A stretch of DNA of 64,000 nt from the human T2T-CHM13v2.0 reference genome, Homo sapiens: assembly GCF_009914755.1 (NCBI RefSeq), contig NC_060932.1, one strand, 5' to 3'. The notes under the pieces were generated by a model that was not told the DNA's origin, did not search any database, and worked only from the letters and a program-made list of their open reading frames with translations. Positions 13,624 through 27,362 of this stretch are shown here, piece after piece. A program made the position numbers and the translations under genes. Each line of letters opens with the position of its first letter. Position 1 is the stretch's first letter.

Positions 13624-16600
13624 TTTTATACATTAATAATCTGGACTTTTAACATTTTCAAGTCATCAGAAAATATTCTGAATACATTTTTTAAAGCTCC
13701 CTTTCTCTTTGGTTGGTGGGTTATTTTGTCCTAACAGATCTTAGAATTTTTTGAAAGCTTTGTAAAAATATCTCTATTCTTTATTTAATGACATAATATT
13801 TCAAAATTTCACTGACATTCTATTCAAATTTACAATACATCGTTGAAGTAATTTCTCCAAAATTCATATACTTTTATTTTCATATCATGTATCCATGAAC
13901 AACACTAATAGACATTTTTTTCTTTGTAGTTCTAAGACAAAATTGATAATAGACATGAAAAAATGTGATGAATTAGTATCTGTGTAGTTTCCCCCATCCG
14001 TTCCAAAAAATGGAGGAGAAAACAAGGTCCATTATGAATTGCCTATATCATTTATTTTTTTAAAAAATTATTATGAAAATTGCTTTAAAGAGCAAACATA
14101 TAGGGAGAAAAAAGGAAATGTGTGGAAAAATAAGAGCCTCAGTCTACAGCAGTATTCTCCGACAAACCCTGTTTTCTTTATTTCCATATTAAACAAAAGA
14201 GCTAGTCATATGTAACTTAATAAAGTGAACACAAGGGAGATGTACCTCCAAATTAGAGCCAGACGGTGAATAACATAGCAGGAATGTACTTAAAACCCGG
14301 TACCAGCTCGTGACAAGGTCTGTTCTCTGTCTTAGCCCTCGATTTTTGGAAAAGCTTCAGGAGCTATGAGAAAAACTTTCAACCTGAGAAACACTCCAGG
14401 GTTGGGAAAGACTCCTGTTTTAATTCAGCCCAGATGTGATTCTTAATGAAAGCATTATGGTTTTGCAGCTGCAGTAGATGGTACAAGCATTTTAAAAAGA
14501 ATAAATTATTTAAAAAGATTTTCTTTTTCCCTCTTACAATTATGCTTGACCTGTATTGGGGTAAAATCTTAAGATAGATTATAAAACAATTTATGGTTCC
14601 TTGCTTTTTACCATCTGAATACTGTACTAACCTAAATGCAAAGAAAATATATTCAAAAACACACTATGGATGTGCTATATAAATATGTTTATCATCTTGA
14701 CAAAGAGTGCCTGATCCAAAAATTCTCCAAAAGCCAAGTTTCAAGCACATACAGTATGGACATATTAAGCCAACAGAATACCAATTCTCTTGATATAGGC
14801 TAAGTTATTTAGATGGACATTTCTTGCTTACTCATAGTTGCATTTTATTACAATCCCTGGCAGGCATGCATATATATATGTAAATATACATTTTCTAACT
14901 TAAAATTTTTAAAGAGTAAACATAAAATCAATGTCATTTTCAAAAGGCTACAATAAAAACATAATAGTAGGAGGAAAAAATTCCAATGGAATAATCTGAT
15001 CTGCTCCTTCAACATTTCAGAACATAATATGCTATATAGCACTTAAATGTCAACCTGACTTTATTTCAACATAATAGGGCATACTTCACCCAATATGATT
15101 TCTGTTTTCATCAATAAAGTAGAAAAGTGAATGGACAATGTTTGGGGGGTGGGTAGACATGAGAAGTTTGATTATTTTGAAGCATTCTTTGCTTGCCTTG
15201 TTTATTGTTTTGGAAATGCTCTAGATTGGGAAGCATCCAGTGGGGATTCTGGGAAGAGCAGTTTACATATTTACTGAGACATTTGCTAACCATATAACAT
15301 TCCAGCTAAAGAAAAACTTCCATTAAGCCCAAAAAATAGTTTTAAGCTATTATAGGAAGTTATTTTCTAAGAGTAACAACAACAAAATAAAAGAAAACAG
15401 AGGGAGGAACCAAATGATAGCAAGGTATTAAATGATTCTGCTTGAGAGCAGAAACTGCAGGTTATTATTTGCTGACGGATTATTCAGAATGAATTTCATC
15501 ATTCTTGTTACAAATTTGTTTTTTGACACTTTAATTATGAAGGAACTATTCTGAAATACAATATGAGCAGAAGATGCTATAAGTTTAAGTAAAACGCCAT
15601 TACATCCTCATTTTACAAAATTCACAATCACATTGAAATTAAACAGCATTTCTCTTTTGTAGAAAGAAATGCTTATTGCAGAAATGGAATGCATGTGGAT
15701 CCAGTGACATTTTAATCATTTTATTTTATACAGTATTTAGAAATAGTGGAAATGGAACACAGAAAGCTTTGCAATTGAATGCATATATACATATAGCACT
15801 ACGTATATAGCACATTCTTACATGCCATAAAAATGGAGACTTCTCTACTGCTGCTTAGTGAAAAAAGATACTCATTCAAGATTGGTGAGTAGGTAACAGA
15901 TGTTGGTACCTGAGTACACTAGTACTCAGCTAAGCTCTGTGTGCTCAGCTGGTTTTACTTCTTCTACCCTCATGCCCCCAATTTACTAATGAACATCTCT
16001 GTTTGTAATTTATCTGGCCACATGTATTCTAGAACAGCCAGCCAATCAGCCCAATGACCATAATTTAAACAAATAATCTACAAATCATTTTTGCAAGCTA
16101 TGCCTATTAAGTTGTGATGTGTTGATAAATGTAACAGAAAATATAATGGCATGTGAAGGGCCCTGATACACATGCATTCTGATTAATACAAAATCAACTG
16201 ATTAAATGCAAATTTTTTGAGAATTTGTAACAAGCTAATGTAGATAATAAAATCTCTGAGGTTGAAAATTTCATTCTTACTTTCAGCCAATGGAGATGGG
16301 CTATAATAAAACTTTGACCCTAGAAGACTGATTTTTGTTACTTTTAGAAGTTTCCACTGAATTCAAAAATGATCCATTCAATTTTCCCCTCTATATGGTT
16401 GTGTTGGCATACCTTCAACACCTGGCAAGATTTCTGAAATCATTATTTTAAGCAAAACTAAAGGACTTATATGTACAACTTTAAGGCAAAAAGACAAAGT
16501 GCTTTTAATTTGAGGTTAAAATGTATTGGTGACAAACCTGTAGTGTTTATAGTATCGATCATCAATAAATGCTTAGCAACATAGGTACTCTATCAATTTC

Positions 16601-19600
16601 ATTTTACAAGTGATCATTCGTTTAGTTCTCTTGACCACAATTTTTTTTTGAAATGACAATTTTGAGTATTTAATACAAACATGATCAAATATATGCCTTC
16701 ATAAAAATTAGTCTTATGTAGTCAAGCAACTATTAGCAAATAATAAGATCCTACAGAAGATCCTTTAGTGTTTGTCCCTAAGACATTTGTATACAGCTCA
16801 TAAAACAGGCAAGTTGCAAGAGTATCCCCTCTATGATCACAAGTTCACTTATTTCATATGTAAACATGTCTGCTATAATGCATGGTAATTCTCAAGACTA
16901 GAACATCATACTACAGAGGTCTGCATGTCAAAAGAAATGCCAATTGTGCGAGTTAATTTTATTTTTAGACAAGTTAGAAAACATTGGGCCAGGATTTTAT
17001 TTTGCTCAAGAGTGAAAGGTTATTTTTGCTTTCATTCTAGGAAAGGACTCCAGCTTATGAAAGAAAACGCAAAGAAAGAAGAGACCATTCCACTGAGTGA
17101 GTTTGGGGAACATAAACTTCTGTAATGTTTATTTTAATTAGGCCTATTTCTCTAAGTATTATACCACCCAAATGATAACATGTTTTAAAATTCCGTGTGC
17201 TTCAGGGAGACGAATATTGAGATAATCAATCTCTTGGCACTCTTGCAAAAGCAATAATAGTAAAAGTAATAATAAACTATATCATAGTATGTTATTAAAT
17301 ATTCTAAAACAAATATAGAACAAATTATCCATTTTACCTAGTCTGCATCTATAGAGAATGTATGTTTAGGCAATGTATACTACCAGGATCTATCAATCAT
17401 CAAAACGTGCTTAACAATACAGATACTCTACATTAATCTTATTGGACAGGTGATCCGTTCATTAGTTCCCCTTACCATAGTTTTTTTTTTTAAAGCAACT
17501 TTTAATATTTAACGCAAATATAATCGAATACATGTCATCATATCAATTAGCCTTTGGTAGTCAAGTAACTATTAAGAGATAGAAAATCGTAATACATTTT
17601 TTATTTTAAAAAGAAAAAAAATTTTCATCCTTGGGGATTACAAAAAACCATGCCTAGGATTCTTTTTTTGTTTGTTTGTTTTTTAACAAAAGAAGGCATA
17701 ATTTCAAGCTGCTTTGCCTCTTTAATCCCTTTTGTATGGCTGGAAATTAGTGACGCATATGGTTCTGAAATTCAAATATAATGCAAAAGACTTTCTACAT
17801 TTCAATCATTTGAATTCATATTTAATGTATTGAAAAATTAACATAAATGGAATATTTCCAAAAATGTACATATCATATGTGAAAATAGCAAGAAAAATTC
17901 AATCTTCTTGGCTTTGTCTTACATTACTAAAGCTGGTCCCAGAGCATTTTGACTATGGCAAGGCAATAGTATTTTTATCCATTTCAAAGAGTCATGAGGG
18001 CCATTCCCTTTGCTCTACATCTTTCCTGTGCCATTTTAATAGAAGATGCCCTCATTTAGCAGCTACACCTCCACTGTGCAATATGCAGGGAAACATAATT
18101 AAATTTAATAGAAGCTGCCCCTGTTTTGAAGACACACTTGATTTAAAGCCACTCACAATTTAAAGCTGCAGGGAGATGTAATTAAATTTTATAGAAGCCA
18201 TGGCTTTTAAATGAAGACACATGATCTATGTGCATGAGAGTGAACATACACACACATGCAGTAAAAATGGGAAATTTAAAAAGTTATTCTTCTGTAATTA
18301 TTTATATAACGATTCCAAATACAAGACATTATTGCTCAAATAATATGAAGGTTGTTTTTATTCATATAACAGGTGTAGCCATAAGAACACAGCAAGATAA
18401 TCATTAGTATACTATTACAAGAGTACTTTATTGACTAAATTGATAATATTAATCAATATACACTTTATTGTTATTGAAATATACCTATTCTTTATCTGGC
18501 TTTATATACTTATTACAAGACAAGAGTGGGGAAAATGTTTTGATAAATCATATATCTGTTGGTTTTTTAATGCCTGTGCACCAAAAGGACTTACTAAAAT
18601 AATGTAATGTTATTATTAATAATCTAAGAATAAAATTTACATGTTTGTTTGTGTCTGTAATGCATTTGTTCCTTAAGTTGAAAAGCATTATATAGGCTCT
18701 TATTATATATGTTTATATAGTACTTATTAATGAATCTAAAAAATTCCAATTGAATATTCTGTTTATAAACTATCTGAGGGAATGAAGACAGAAATGTATC
18801 ACAAACCATCTCCTATGCTTAAACTTTCTATTTAGTCTTCAGTATTATTTACACTGTTAATATTAATTTATGGGTTCAAATTTGATTGGTTTTCAGCACT
18901 TAACTAAAAGGGAAAAAAGATATAAATGAAGAATCTTGAAGTCATTAACTGAATGTCTTATGTGGGAAGAAAATAAAATTCCTTTGTAGATTAAATCTTT
19001 GAAGAAGACCCTGTGGAAACTCTTTAGGTTAGCGTTGTCCCTTTAATGTCTGTTTAACGCCTTGGAGAAGACTTCTGTTTTGATCCCCCTTGAACTTTAG
19101 AGACTAGCTCAATGAACCAGGGAAAGACAAAAAGTTTCAGAAAGAATGGTCTTTAAAGCAGAAAGCCTTCCTCCAGGCTATAAGCTACATCCTCAATGTG
19201 AGAATAAGCCCAAGGAGAAAGAGAAAATCTCCTATCTTTGCCACCATTAATTATCCACTTAGTAATCTATTCCTGCCATAAATGCAATGCTTTCCTCACT
19301 GGGTGTCTTTCCCATGCTTCAAGCCATGGATCATCAACCAAGCCATAACCCCCATCACTGCCTAAAAATCCCTCCTTTGTTGTTCAAGAATATTAAGCTA
19401 GGTAAACTGTGTAACCAGTTTTTAAAGCCAACAATTAGATCTTTGTTGTTTACCCTGAAACTCCTTAGGGGCTCATGTCATTTGTCTGAATTTAGAAGTG
19501 TGGGAATCTCTGTATTGGCCTAAATGTGTAGCATATTCTTTTTATTCACTGTTATTCAACAGTTAAAAATAATACCAATTCTTTATGTTACAATTGCTTT

Positions 19601-20605
19601 ATTGGCTTAGCTTTTCCTTCTGGTTTTTTAATTTTTTTTACTCTCTATACCTTGTAGAATCATTCTAAGTTATATTCTGTAATACTACTTCTTATATTTC
19701 GAGTTACAGAGAATATTCAGAAAACAACTGATTAAAACAAATAATATAAATTAAACTTCAAATACTTTTTTTCTTTGTTGAAAGTGGTCAGTGCAGTAAT
19801 CAAATTGTCCAACTATATTACTAATGACTTCATGCCAGCTTTCTCCACTGTGTGCTAGGTGTTTAACAAATGCAGACATCATAAAAATGTCAACAGTTGT
19901 TATCTAGACTTAATGGGATAATAGGTGCCATCAATGTTCTTCTTGTATATTCTGTATTTTTAACTTTACACAATAATTGCATTATAGTTATTAGCAGAAA
20001 AAATATTTAAAGATAAATGCACATATTTAACATTTTATAACTGAAAGAAATATTAAATAACTTCATATAAATTAACTTTTTGAAAAACTTTTTTTTTTGT
20101 ATTGAAAGCTGTCACCTACCACAGTGTCTGGCTTATTGTATGTAAAGACTACTTAGATGATTAGTTTTTTTCTGCTGTCATTATTTCCCATATATAAGTA
20201 AAGAGAAATTTATCAGCCTAAACACCAGATAATCTTCCACAATATGTTTTTTTAAAGCACAAATTGCTTTTCTATTTAAATGCAAATTTTCCCACCTAAT
20301 TGTGATTTGAAACTCTCATTTAGCTGTTATGAATTCTATTTATTAGTCATTGGATATCAAAATCATAAAGGAATTCGTATTTGGGGGTCTCATATCTGAG
20401 TCAAGTTTTATCAACATTTTATGTGCTAAAATACCTAGAGTTAAAGTTTCACTTAAAAGGAAAAAAAAGCAGAAAGCTTATCTTGATAATAAAATCATAA
20501 TTCATGATTTGTTTAATTCAAGTCTCCTTATCTTTGAGTGTTAAACAGAATTGCTTTGTTTTTATTTGTGTTGTTTTTGCTGATTTAACTTTGATAAGTT
20601 TTTTT

Positions 20606-20860
20606 TAGTATAGTGGTTAAGACAAAGACTCTATTTACACTGCACTAGCTTTAAGTCTCAGTTAATTCTCTCATTCGGTAAATTTTGATTGAGTGTCTAA
20701 TTTGTGTTGAGCACTATTTGACCTTGGGATTCAACTCAGTTCCATTTCCTCACCTGTAAAAGAGACATGGAACATAAGCTGTGGGGTTACTGTGAGGATT
20801 AAGCCAGATGATCTAAAAAAAGAGTTTAGTACAGCATGTATCACACAATAAACATGGAAT
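20606..20860 (+). mobile_element. MIR SINE
   Basis: 'agtatagtggttaaga...tttcctcacctgtaaaa...ggttactgtgaggattaa...tttagtacag'. Confidence 0.6.
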
Positions 20861-21494
20861 CTATTCTTGTAAAGCATCTAATTATATGGATATATTTATA
20901 CACTTCTACACATAAATTTATGTCTATATTTTGTTATTGTTAATCACACAGCAGGACTGTTCATGGGCTTTTCACTTAAGCAGCACACGAAAGTAAACTG
21001 GACTTGATTTCTTCAAGGATAAATCTATGTTCTTTTTCACATTCTTGGACCAGCTTCTGTCGTTATTATTAAAACTCACAAGAATATTTATAAATTTAAT
21101 TAGGCCAAGGACATATTTTATTCTCCCTCTATTTTCATCATCTAGCATGGCAGCTGCTACCCCATTGGTGTTAAATAAAGTTCTACTGAATCAAAAGCTT
21201 AAATATCAGAAAACATAATTAATTTGAGTCTCTTGTTTTCTGATGACAGAGGAAATTATATATCAAACTAATTTTCCTGAGAAAGAAAAATTATCCATAG
21301 TTATATTAATGGTAACTGAGCCTTATAAAGGAAAGATTAAAAATAAAACCAAGAATAACTAGGTTGACATGTGTATACAATGTTGATGTATCCATGCTAA
21401 TATAAGATTAATCTCATATTATATTCAATTATATATTATAGCATCTAATCTTATATTAATTAATGTAATATTAAGCTATAGCTTGCTAAGAAAT

Positions 21495-21960
21495 AAATTT
21501 TAAGAATAAAGAATCCCGAAAGCATCCAGGAAGGAAACAATAGCTCACAAGTAGAAGAGGAAAAATCATGTGGATCTCAAACTTCTCCAAGACATTTAAC
21601 TTCAGGAGATAATTGAACAACTTCTTTAAAGTACTTAAAGGCAAAAGATATAACTAAAAAATTTTATACCTAGCCAAGTTGTCATGGGAGACAATCTCAA
21701 AGAAATAAATAGTTCACAAAGTTTACTAATCAAAAAGCTTTACTGAAAAAAATTACTCAGATATGTTACTCATCCCAACCAAGGGATATATTAAAATACA
21801 GAATTCAAAAATGAGGATGATTTAATTTTTAAAGAAGATTAAGACTTTTAAAATATACTATTATTTCTAAATAATTTTTGAATAAATATGACTATGAAAC
21901 ATAAAGCAAATTCATGAACAAAAACTCTTGCTACAGAAGAGATATAATTTATAACAACAT
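21495..21960 (+). mobile_element. Ancient L1M/HAL1 ORF1-region fragment
   Basis: 'gaatcccgaaagcatccagg...atctcaaacttctcc...aattttatacctagccaagttgtcat' resembles the L1 ORF1 C-terminal coding region. Confidence 0.5.
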
Positions 21961-23194
21961 TCACCAATGATAAGATCAAAATTCCAGGTTACATAAACAA
22001 TAATTGTACATAAGAAAGGTTGATGGAATCGCAAGTGGCATCTTATTTCTATTTTCCCCTTTCTTTTTTCTTTCCAAATTTTCTACATGTGATGTACTTT
22101 ACCAATTTAAACGAAATATGTATAATAATTATAAATGAATATATGATCAACTTATCCCATAATTTTTGTACTAAATGTTAATATCTTTTATTAGGAGGTT
22201 TCATGTAATGTACTATTTGAATGAATACAATGCAAATCACAGCAAAGGATATATTGCAGATTTATGCTTAAAAGTGGCATTGCTTCTCAGCTATACCTAA
22301 GACTAAAGTAGGAAATGAGATACTTTCTAGTCATGATGTTCTTGTCTACTCCTGTGTTTTCTGGTTTGTTCTCCATTTTCTAGTAAGTGTATTCCCATGG
22401 CTCTAGTCCTCTCCAGACACGAAGCTGCCTAACTTCTGCATGCTTCAACCTCTCACTTCCATTGGAAAGCATCATTCGTTTCCCATACATCGCATTATGA
22501 ATAGATTGCTCAGTTCTACCTTACTAGCTACATTGCACAGTCTTGGAATTTTTCTTTGCATCCCTGGACATCAATTGATAGGATCCATTCCTCTTTCACT
22601 CTGCCCACCTTCTTTGTCTTTTATGATCCTTTCCTATGATTGACAAAGCTTTTGTGAATTTCTTATCATAGTTTCTTGTTGTGATCAAATTCATAGTCCT
22701 AATTATTATTTCTGTTGACCTAAGTTATGACTCATAAGTTTGTACATAAGTCTTCTCTAAGTCTCTTATGATAACTGTTTAGTATAACATTTATTTATCC
22801 TTCACAGATCCCTACTTCTTTTTTATAATTACAATGAGGAATGATAATATTGCCTGTTCTTTTTAAAACAATTAAAATTTGTCATCATTTTCCTTGGTGC
22901 AGAATAGAAAAATTTTAATAGAAATTTTTATAATAAATGCACCTTTATGAATGATGACTTGTGAATTAAAAAATGGAAACATGAGATCAAATACAAAAAG
23001 ATAAGTCAATGGAAAACCAAAGAACGTGTTCAAATTTCAGTTTTAAAAGGTGCTAACTTACTAACTTATAATATATTCTCTCTCAAATTCTCTTCAAAAT
23101 ACTATAAAGATATAATTTTTTAAATAATTAGCACTATTATCCCAAATTAAGACAGGTGGACAGGCTTTGGCCAGAATCAAGAAAATATTTTCCC

Positions 23195-24840
23195 ACAACT
23201 CATTAGCAAACACCAAATAACCTGATTAAAACCTGGTCAAAGAAATTTGAATAGACATTTCTCCAAAGAAGACACACAAATGGCCACAAGTTATATGAAA
23301 AGATGTTCAACATCACTAATCATTAGAGAAATGCAGATCAAAACTACAATGAGATGTCATTTCACCCCTGCTAGGATGGCTTTATCAAAAAATAAAAAAA
23401 TTAATTTTGGTGAGAAGGTGGAGAAAAGAGAACTCTTCTAACACTGTTGGTTGGAATGCAAATTGGTATGGCCATAACGGAAAACAATATGGAGGTTTCT
23501 TGAAAAATTAAAAATAGAACTACCCTATGATCCAGAAATCCCACTTTTCTGGGTATATATCCAAAATAATTGAAATCAGGATCTCAGAGATACCTGTTCT
23601 CCAATGTTTACTGCAACATTATTTACAATAGCTAAGACAGGAAGCAACCTAAATGGCCATCAGCGTATTAATGAGTAAAGGCAATGTGTTATATACATAC
23701 AATAGAATTTTATTCAGCCTTAAAAGTAAAAGGAAATCATGCCATTCAGGGAAGCATGGATGAGCCTGGAGGACATCATGATAAACAAAATAAGCCAAAC
23801 ACAGAAGGACAGGTCTCACTAATGCAGGCTTCCGTAACAACTGTTTCAGTACTTACTGAGTGGTTAAGTTAAATATCAAAAGCTAAAAAAGCTAGTGCCC
23901 CCATACAAAAGCTGGAATGTAACAAAAGCCCACTGAGAGTTTTGCCTAGGCCTTCTGGGCCTTAAAGCATGACAAATTAACAAAGGAATTCTTAACAGGA
24001 CCCATTTAGGATTAAACAAGTTTTATTGGGGGTCTGAAGAAACTCCTCAAACCTCCATGATTTAGCAGGAGACAAGATAAGGGTAACCACCCCAGCACCT
24101 GGACCCATTTAGATTACGTAAATTTACTGAAGCTCCAGAGGAAGGTCTTCAGGACTCAGAAATTAGTTATAGATTTTTAAAAAGTTAATCACTTATGTCT
24201 TTAGATGAATGTACACTTACATGTAGACATATAGCTTAGAAGGCATATAAGCTCTGGAAAACTTTGTAATTTTGAGTTGGTCTGGCAATAATTTCTAGGC
24301 CTTCTCCCTGTAACCAGTTGCAGAAATAAAAACTCTCTTCATCCCCAGTTCATCTGCATCTTGTTACTGGGCCACAAGAAATAGCAGCCCGACCCTCAGT
24401 TTGGTCCAAGACCAATACTACCTGTATAATAAATCTAAGATAGTCAAACTCATAGAAGCAGAAAGTGGAATGGTGGTTGCCAGGGGTTGCAGGGAGGGAA
24501 AAACAGGGAGGCATTAGTCAGAAGGTAAAAAGCTTGGTGATACAAGGAAAAAAGTCCCGGAAATCTACTGTATGGTAAAGTGCCTATAATTAACAACATT
24601 GTATTGTATACATAAACATTTGCTAAGAGAGTAGAGCTTATGTTGTATTCTTAGTACACAAGAATAATAATAATAAATAAAAAGGGTGAGACGAAATTTT
24701 TGGAGGTGATAGATAGGTTCACGGCAGAGGTTGTTGATGATTTCACAGATGTATCCTTATGTCCAAACTCTTCATGTTGTATACATTAAATATGTACAGC
24801 TTTTTGTTTATCAATCATACCTCAATACTTTTTTAAAAAG
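23195..24840 (+). mobile_element. L1MB1/2-like LINE 3' end (ORF2 C-terminus plus 3'UTR), split by an LTR
   Basis: Decayed ORF2 peptide [12 protein letters not shown]...[17 protein letters not shown] and L1MB 3'UTR 'ggaggtgatagatagg...tacattaaatatgtacagc...atacctcaata'. Confidence 0.85.
23808..24413 (+). mobile_element. ERV1 solo LTR, MER39 family
   Basis: 'caggtctcactaatgcagg...aacaactgtttcagtac', TATA-like 'gcatataagc', AATAAA near 24325, end 'gcagcccgaccctcagtttggt'. Confidence 0.8.
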
Positions 24841-25129
24841 AATATTTCATCAAATATAAATATGAGGCAGCAGGATTTCAGACTACCTCATAATAGTCAT
24901 CTCATACTTGACCTCATGAAAAAGGTGGAAATCAATGGCAGGGCATCTTAAGGTTTTCTTATCTGTGGGAGTGTAGGAAGGAATTCTTGCCCTATCTACT
25001 TCCTCTATTCAAAAACCAGAGCATGTAACAGCCCCAAATGCGGTCGCTGGTCCTTTTTCTTCACCACTGCTATTTTTTGTTGTTATGCATTGTGTTTTCT
25101 GTCCCTTTGATTTTCAACATCCCTTTAGA

Positions 25130-25430
25130 CATGACATCTCTCAGAAAACAGCAGGACAATAATGGGAGTAGACTGGTGGAGGCAGCATTCAGGGAGAACG
25201 TGAAGATGGGCTAGAGAGTCTGTTATCAGAACGATCAAAGGCTCTGAGATGGGAATAAACATGGCATTTTTGCAGGAAGGCTTGTGTGGGTGGAGCATAG
25301 GGAACGACAGAGAAATGGAGGGAGATGAGGCCAAAGATGTAGGCAGTATAAAGACTTTAAATTTTATTTCAGTTATCAAATGGTGCCAAAGGGGACATAA
25401 GCAGGGACTGATGTGAACTGCCATCTTGAG
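25130..25430 (-). mobile_element. L2 fragment
   Basis: 'caaaggctctgagatgggaataaacatggc...gagatgaggccaaagatgtaggcag...aagactttaaattttatt'. Confidence 0.6.
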
Positions 25431-25739
25431 CTATGGTGCTTTTTTAGGGGGTGGGGGGATATGGCATCTCTAGTAGGAGGGGAAGTTAAGCTCTGTCAGA
25501 ACAAGGGGTGGAGCCGGAGAAGCAGGCATTGTGTGAAGTTTAGAGTGTGTGGTTGAAGTGCTTGGGTAGGTGGAGAAAAGTCACAATTAGGGTTTTCATA
25601 TGACAACTAACTGGGCCACAACCTAAGCTGAGTCAGAAAGGACAGGTGTTAGAAAGGAAGAACTGAGGATCAACAAATGAGAACAATTTTCTTATTTTGT
25701 ACTATAGGGTTTCTTAGGTGAACTCTGTTTTCCCTTCGT

Positions 25740-26352
25740 GTATCACTTGGCTTTTGTTGTAGGACAAATACTCCAAAATATTATAGCTCAAAACACCAAT
25801 AATTCATTTTTTCTCATGTCTGAAGGTTGGCTGGGGCTACCTGGTGCTGGGCTTAACTTTATGTTACAGGTTGACTCTCCCATGGCCCCATGGGTTAATT
25901 GAGATATGGCCTCCATGTTGCTGTAGCAAAAAAACAAAGAGACAAGCAGATACCCGATGTCTTTTGGGGCTTAGACAGACCTGGCACTTGTCACTTCTGT
26001 CCACATACCAGTGGCCAATGCAAATCACGTGGTCAAGTCCAACAGCAGTAGGATGGGGATGTATACCTCACACTCAAAGGAAAGAACTGCAAAGTCACCT
26101 GATGAAGGCTGTGTTCAGGGCCAGCTTCATCGGTGTGTGACTTGTACAGTCACACAGGATCTTAGGCTTAAAGGGGTTCCATGCTTGGTTGAATGCTCTG
26201 CTGTTGTCATCTTCAAATTTGTAAAAAAAAAATTTAACAAGAGGCTTTGCATTTTCAGTTTGTACTAGGTCTTGCCAATAATATAGATAGTCCTGGGGAT
26301 AGATACAGAAATGAGTGGCAAACCCAAATCAGGAACCATAATAAAATCTAGC
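25740..26352 (-). mobile_element. Old MaLR LTR (MLT1H-J-like), interrupted by MER91A
   Basis: 'ctggcacttgtcacttctgtccacataccagtggccaatgcaaatcacgtggtcaagtccaa...aagaactgcaaagtcac'. Confidence 0.65.
26116..26295 (+). mobile_element. MER91A hAT-Tip100 DNA transposon
   Basis: Starts CAGGGCCAGCTTCAT, contains 'aatgctctgctgttgtcatcttcaaatt', ends 'gtcctg'. Confidence 0.8.
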
Positions 26353-27229
26353 ACTGGGAGACACATTCTGCAATATGCCTTTTAGGGCACAGCCTTATTC
26401 CATCGTGATTACAGTAAAAAAAAGTGCAAAAATAGCAGAATAACAAGACTGAGCTGCTGACTAAGGGAGGAAATAACCAACTATTAGAGGAAATGAGTGA
26501 CAAATGAAATACAGAAAAAGATGAAGAAACAAATGTGGAAGTCTTTTGGAAGGAGAGTAGAAGTTTAAAAAGCCAGAAGAGAGGACTGAGAGGAAAAAGA
26601 GGAAACAGAAAAATTCTAGGCAAACCAAGTTATCCATAAGTTAACCATGACTTTTAGCTATCCAATTAACTATGAGGCTTTCTTAATTTATTTATTTTTT
26701 TTTTTTTGGCAAATTTAAAACAGTACTCTCCTGAATTTTATTTGTCTCAGATATATAGGATAATATTTTTAGATAAATGATTAAATCTGTTAAACAACTC
26801 TTTAAAGGCAATTAAGACAAAATGGTTATGAAACAAAGTTAGCTTTTAATTAGGATAAAAATTAGTTCTTATTGATAATTTTTCCTAGCAAGGTTTCAAA
26901 CACTATATTAGGTGATGTTCATATGCTTTGTGACAGGATTATGGCCTGCATCATAAACCATCCTGAAATATATTATAATACTAAAATTATTGGCTACTTA
27001 GAACATCATATTCAAATTGCATTCAAATTTCACATCTGTCTGTGAATTAGCATGTCAAGTCTAAATGCTACTAAGTCACACACTCAATCACTCATTCACT
27101 CCCACAGTCACTGATTTGTTCATTCAAAGGAAGTTTGTTAAGTGCTTACTATGTGCCAGATAATGTGTTTCATTGTTTTCACGAGGGCTGTTACCATAAG
27201 CAAAGTACTTTTTAAAATGCCTCAACACT

Positions 27230-27362
27230 GTCCCAGTATGGTGGCCCATGCCTGTAATCTCTGCTCTTTAGGAGGCCGAGGTGGGAGGATCACTTATGCT
27301 CAGGAGTTTGAGACCAGGCTGGACAACATAGTGAGAACTTGTTTCTAAAAAAAAAAAAATAG
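27230..27362 (+). mobile_element. FLAM_C / Alu left monomer
   Basis: 'ggtggcccatgcctgtaatc...gaggatcactt...caggagtttgagacc...caacatagtgaga' plus A-tail. No right arm. Confidence 0.85.

Noticed and set aside
15910-15929. Hairpin CTGAGTAC-ACTA-GTACTCAG and similar 8-11 bp stems near 1758 and 55156
   Set aside because: Stems this short are expected by chance in 64 kb.
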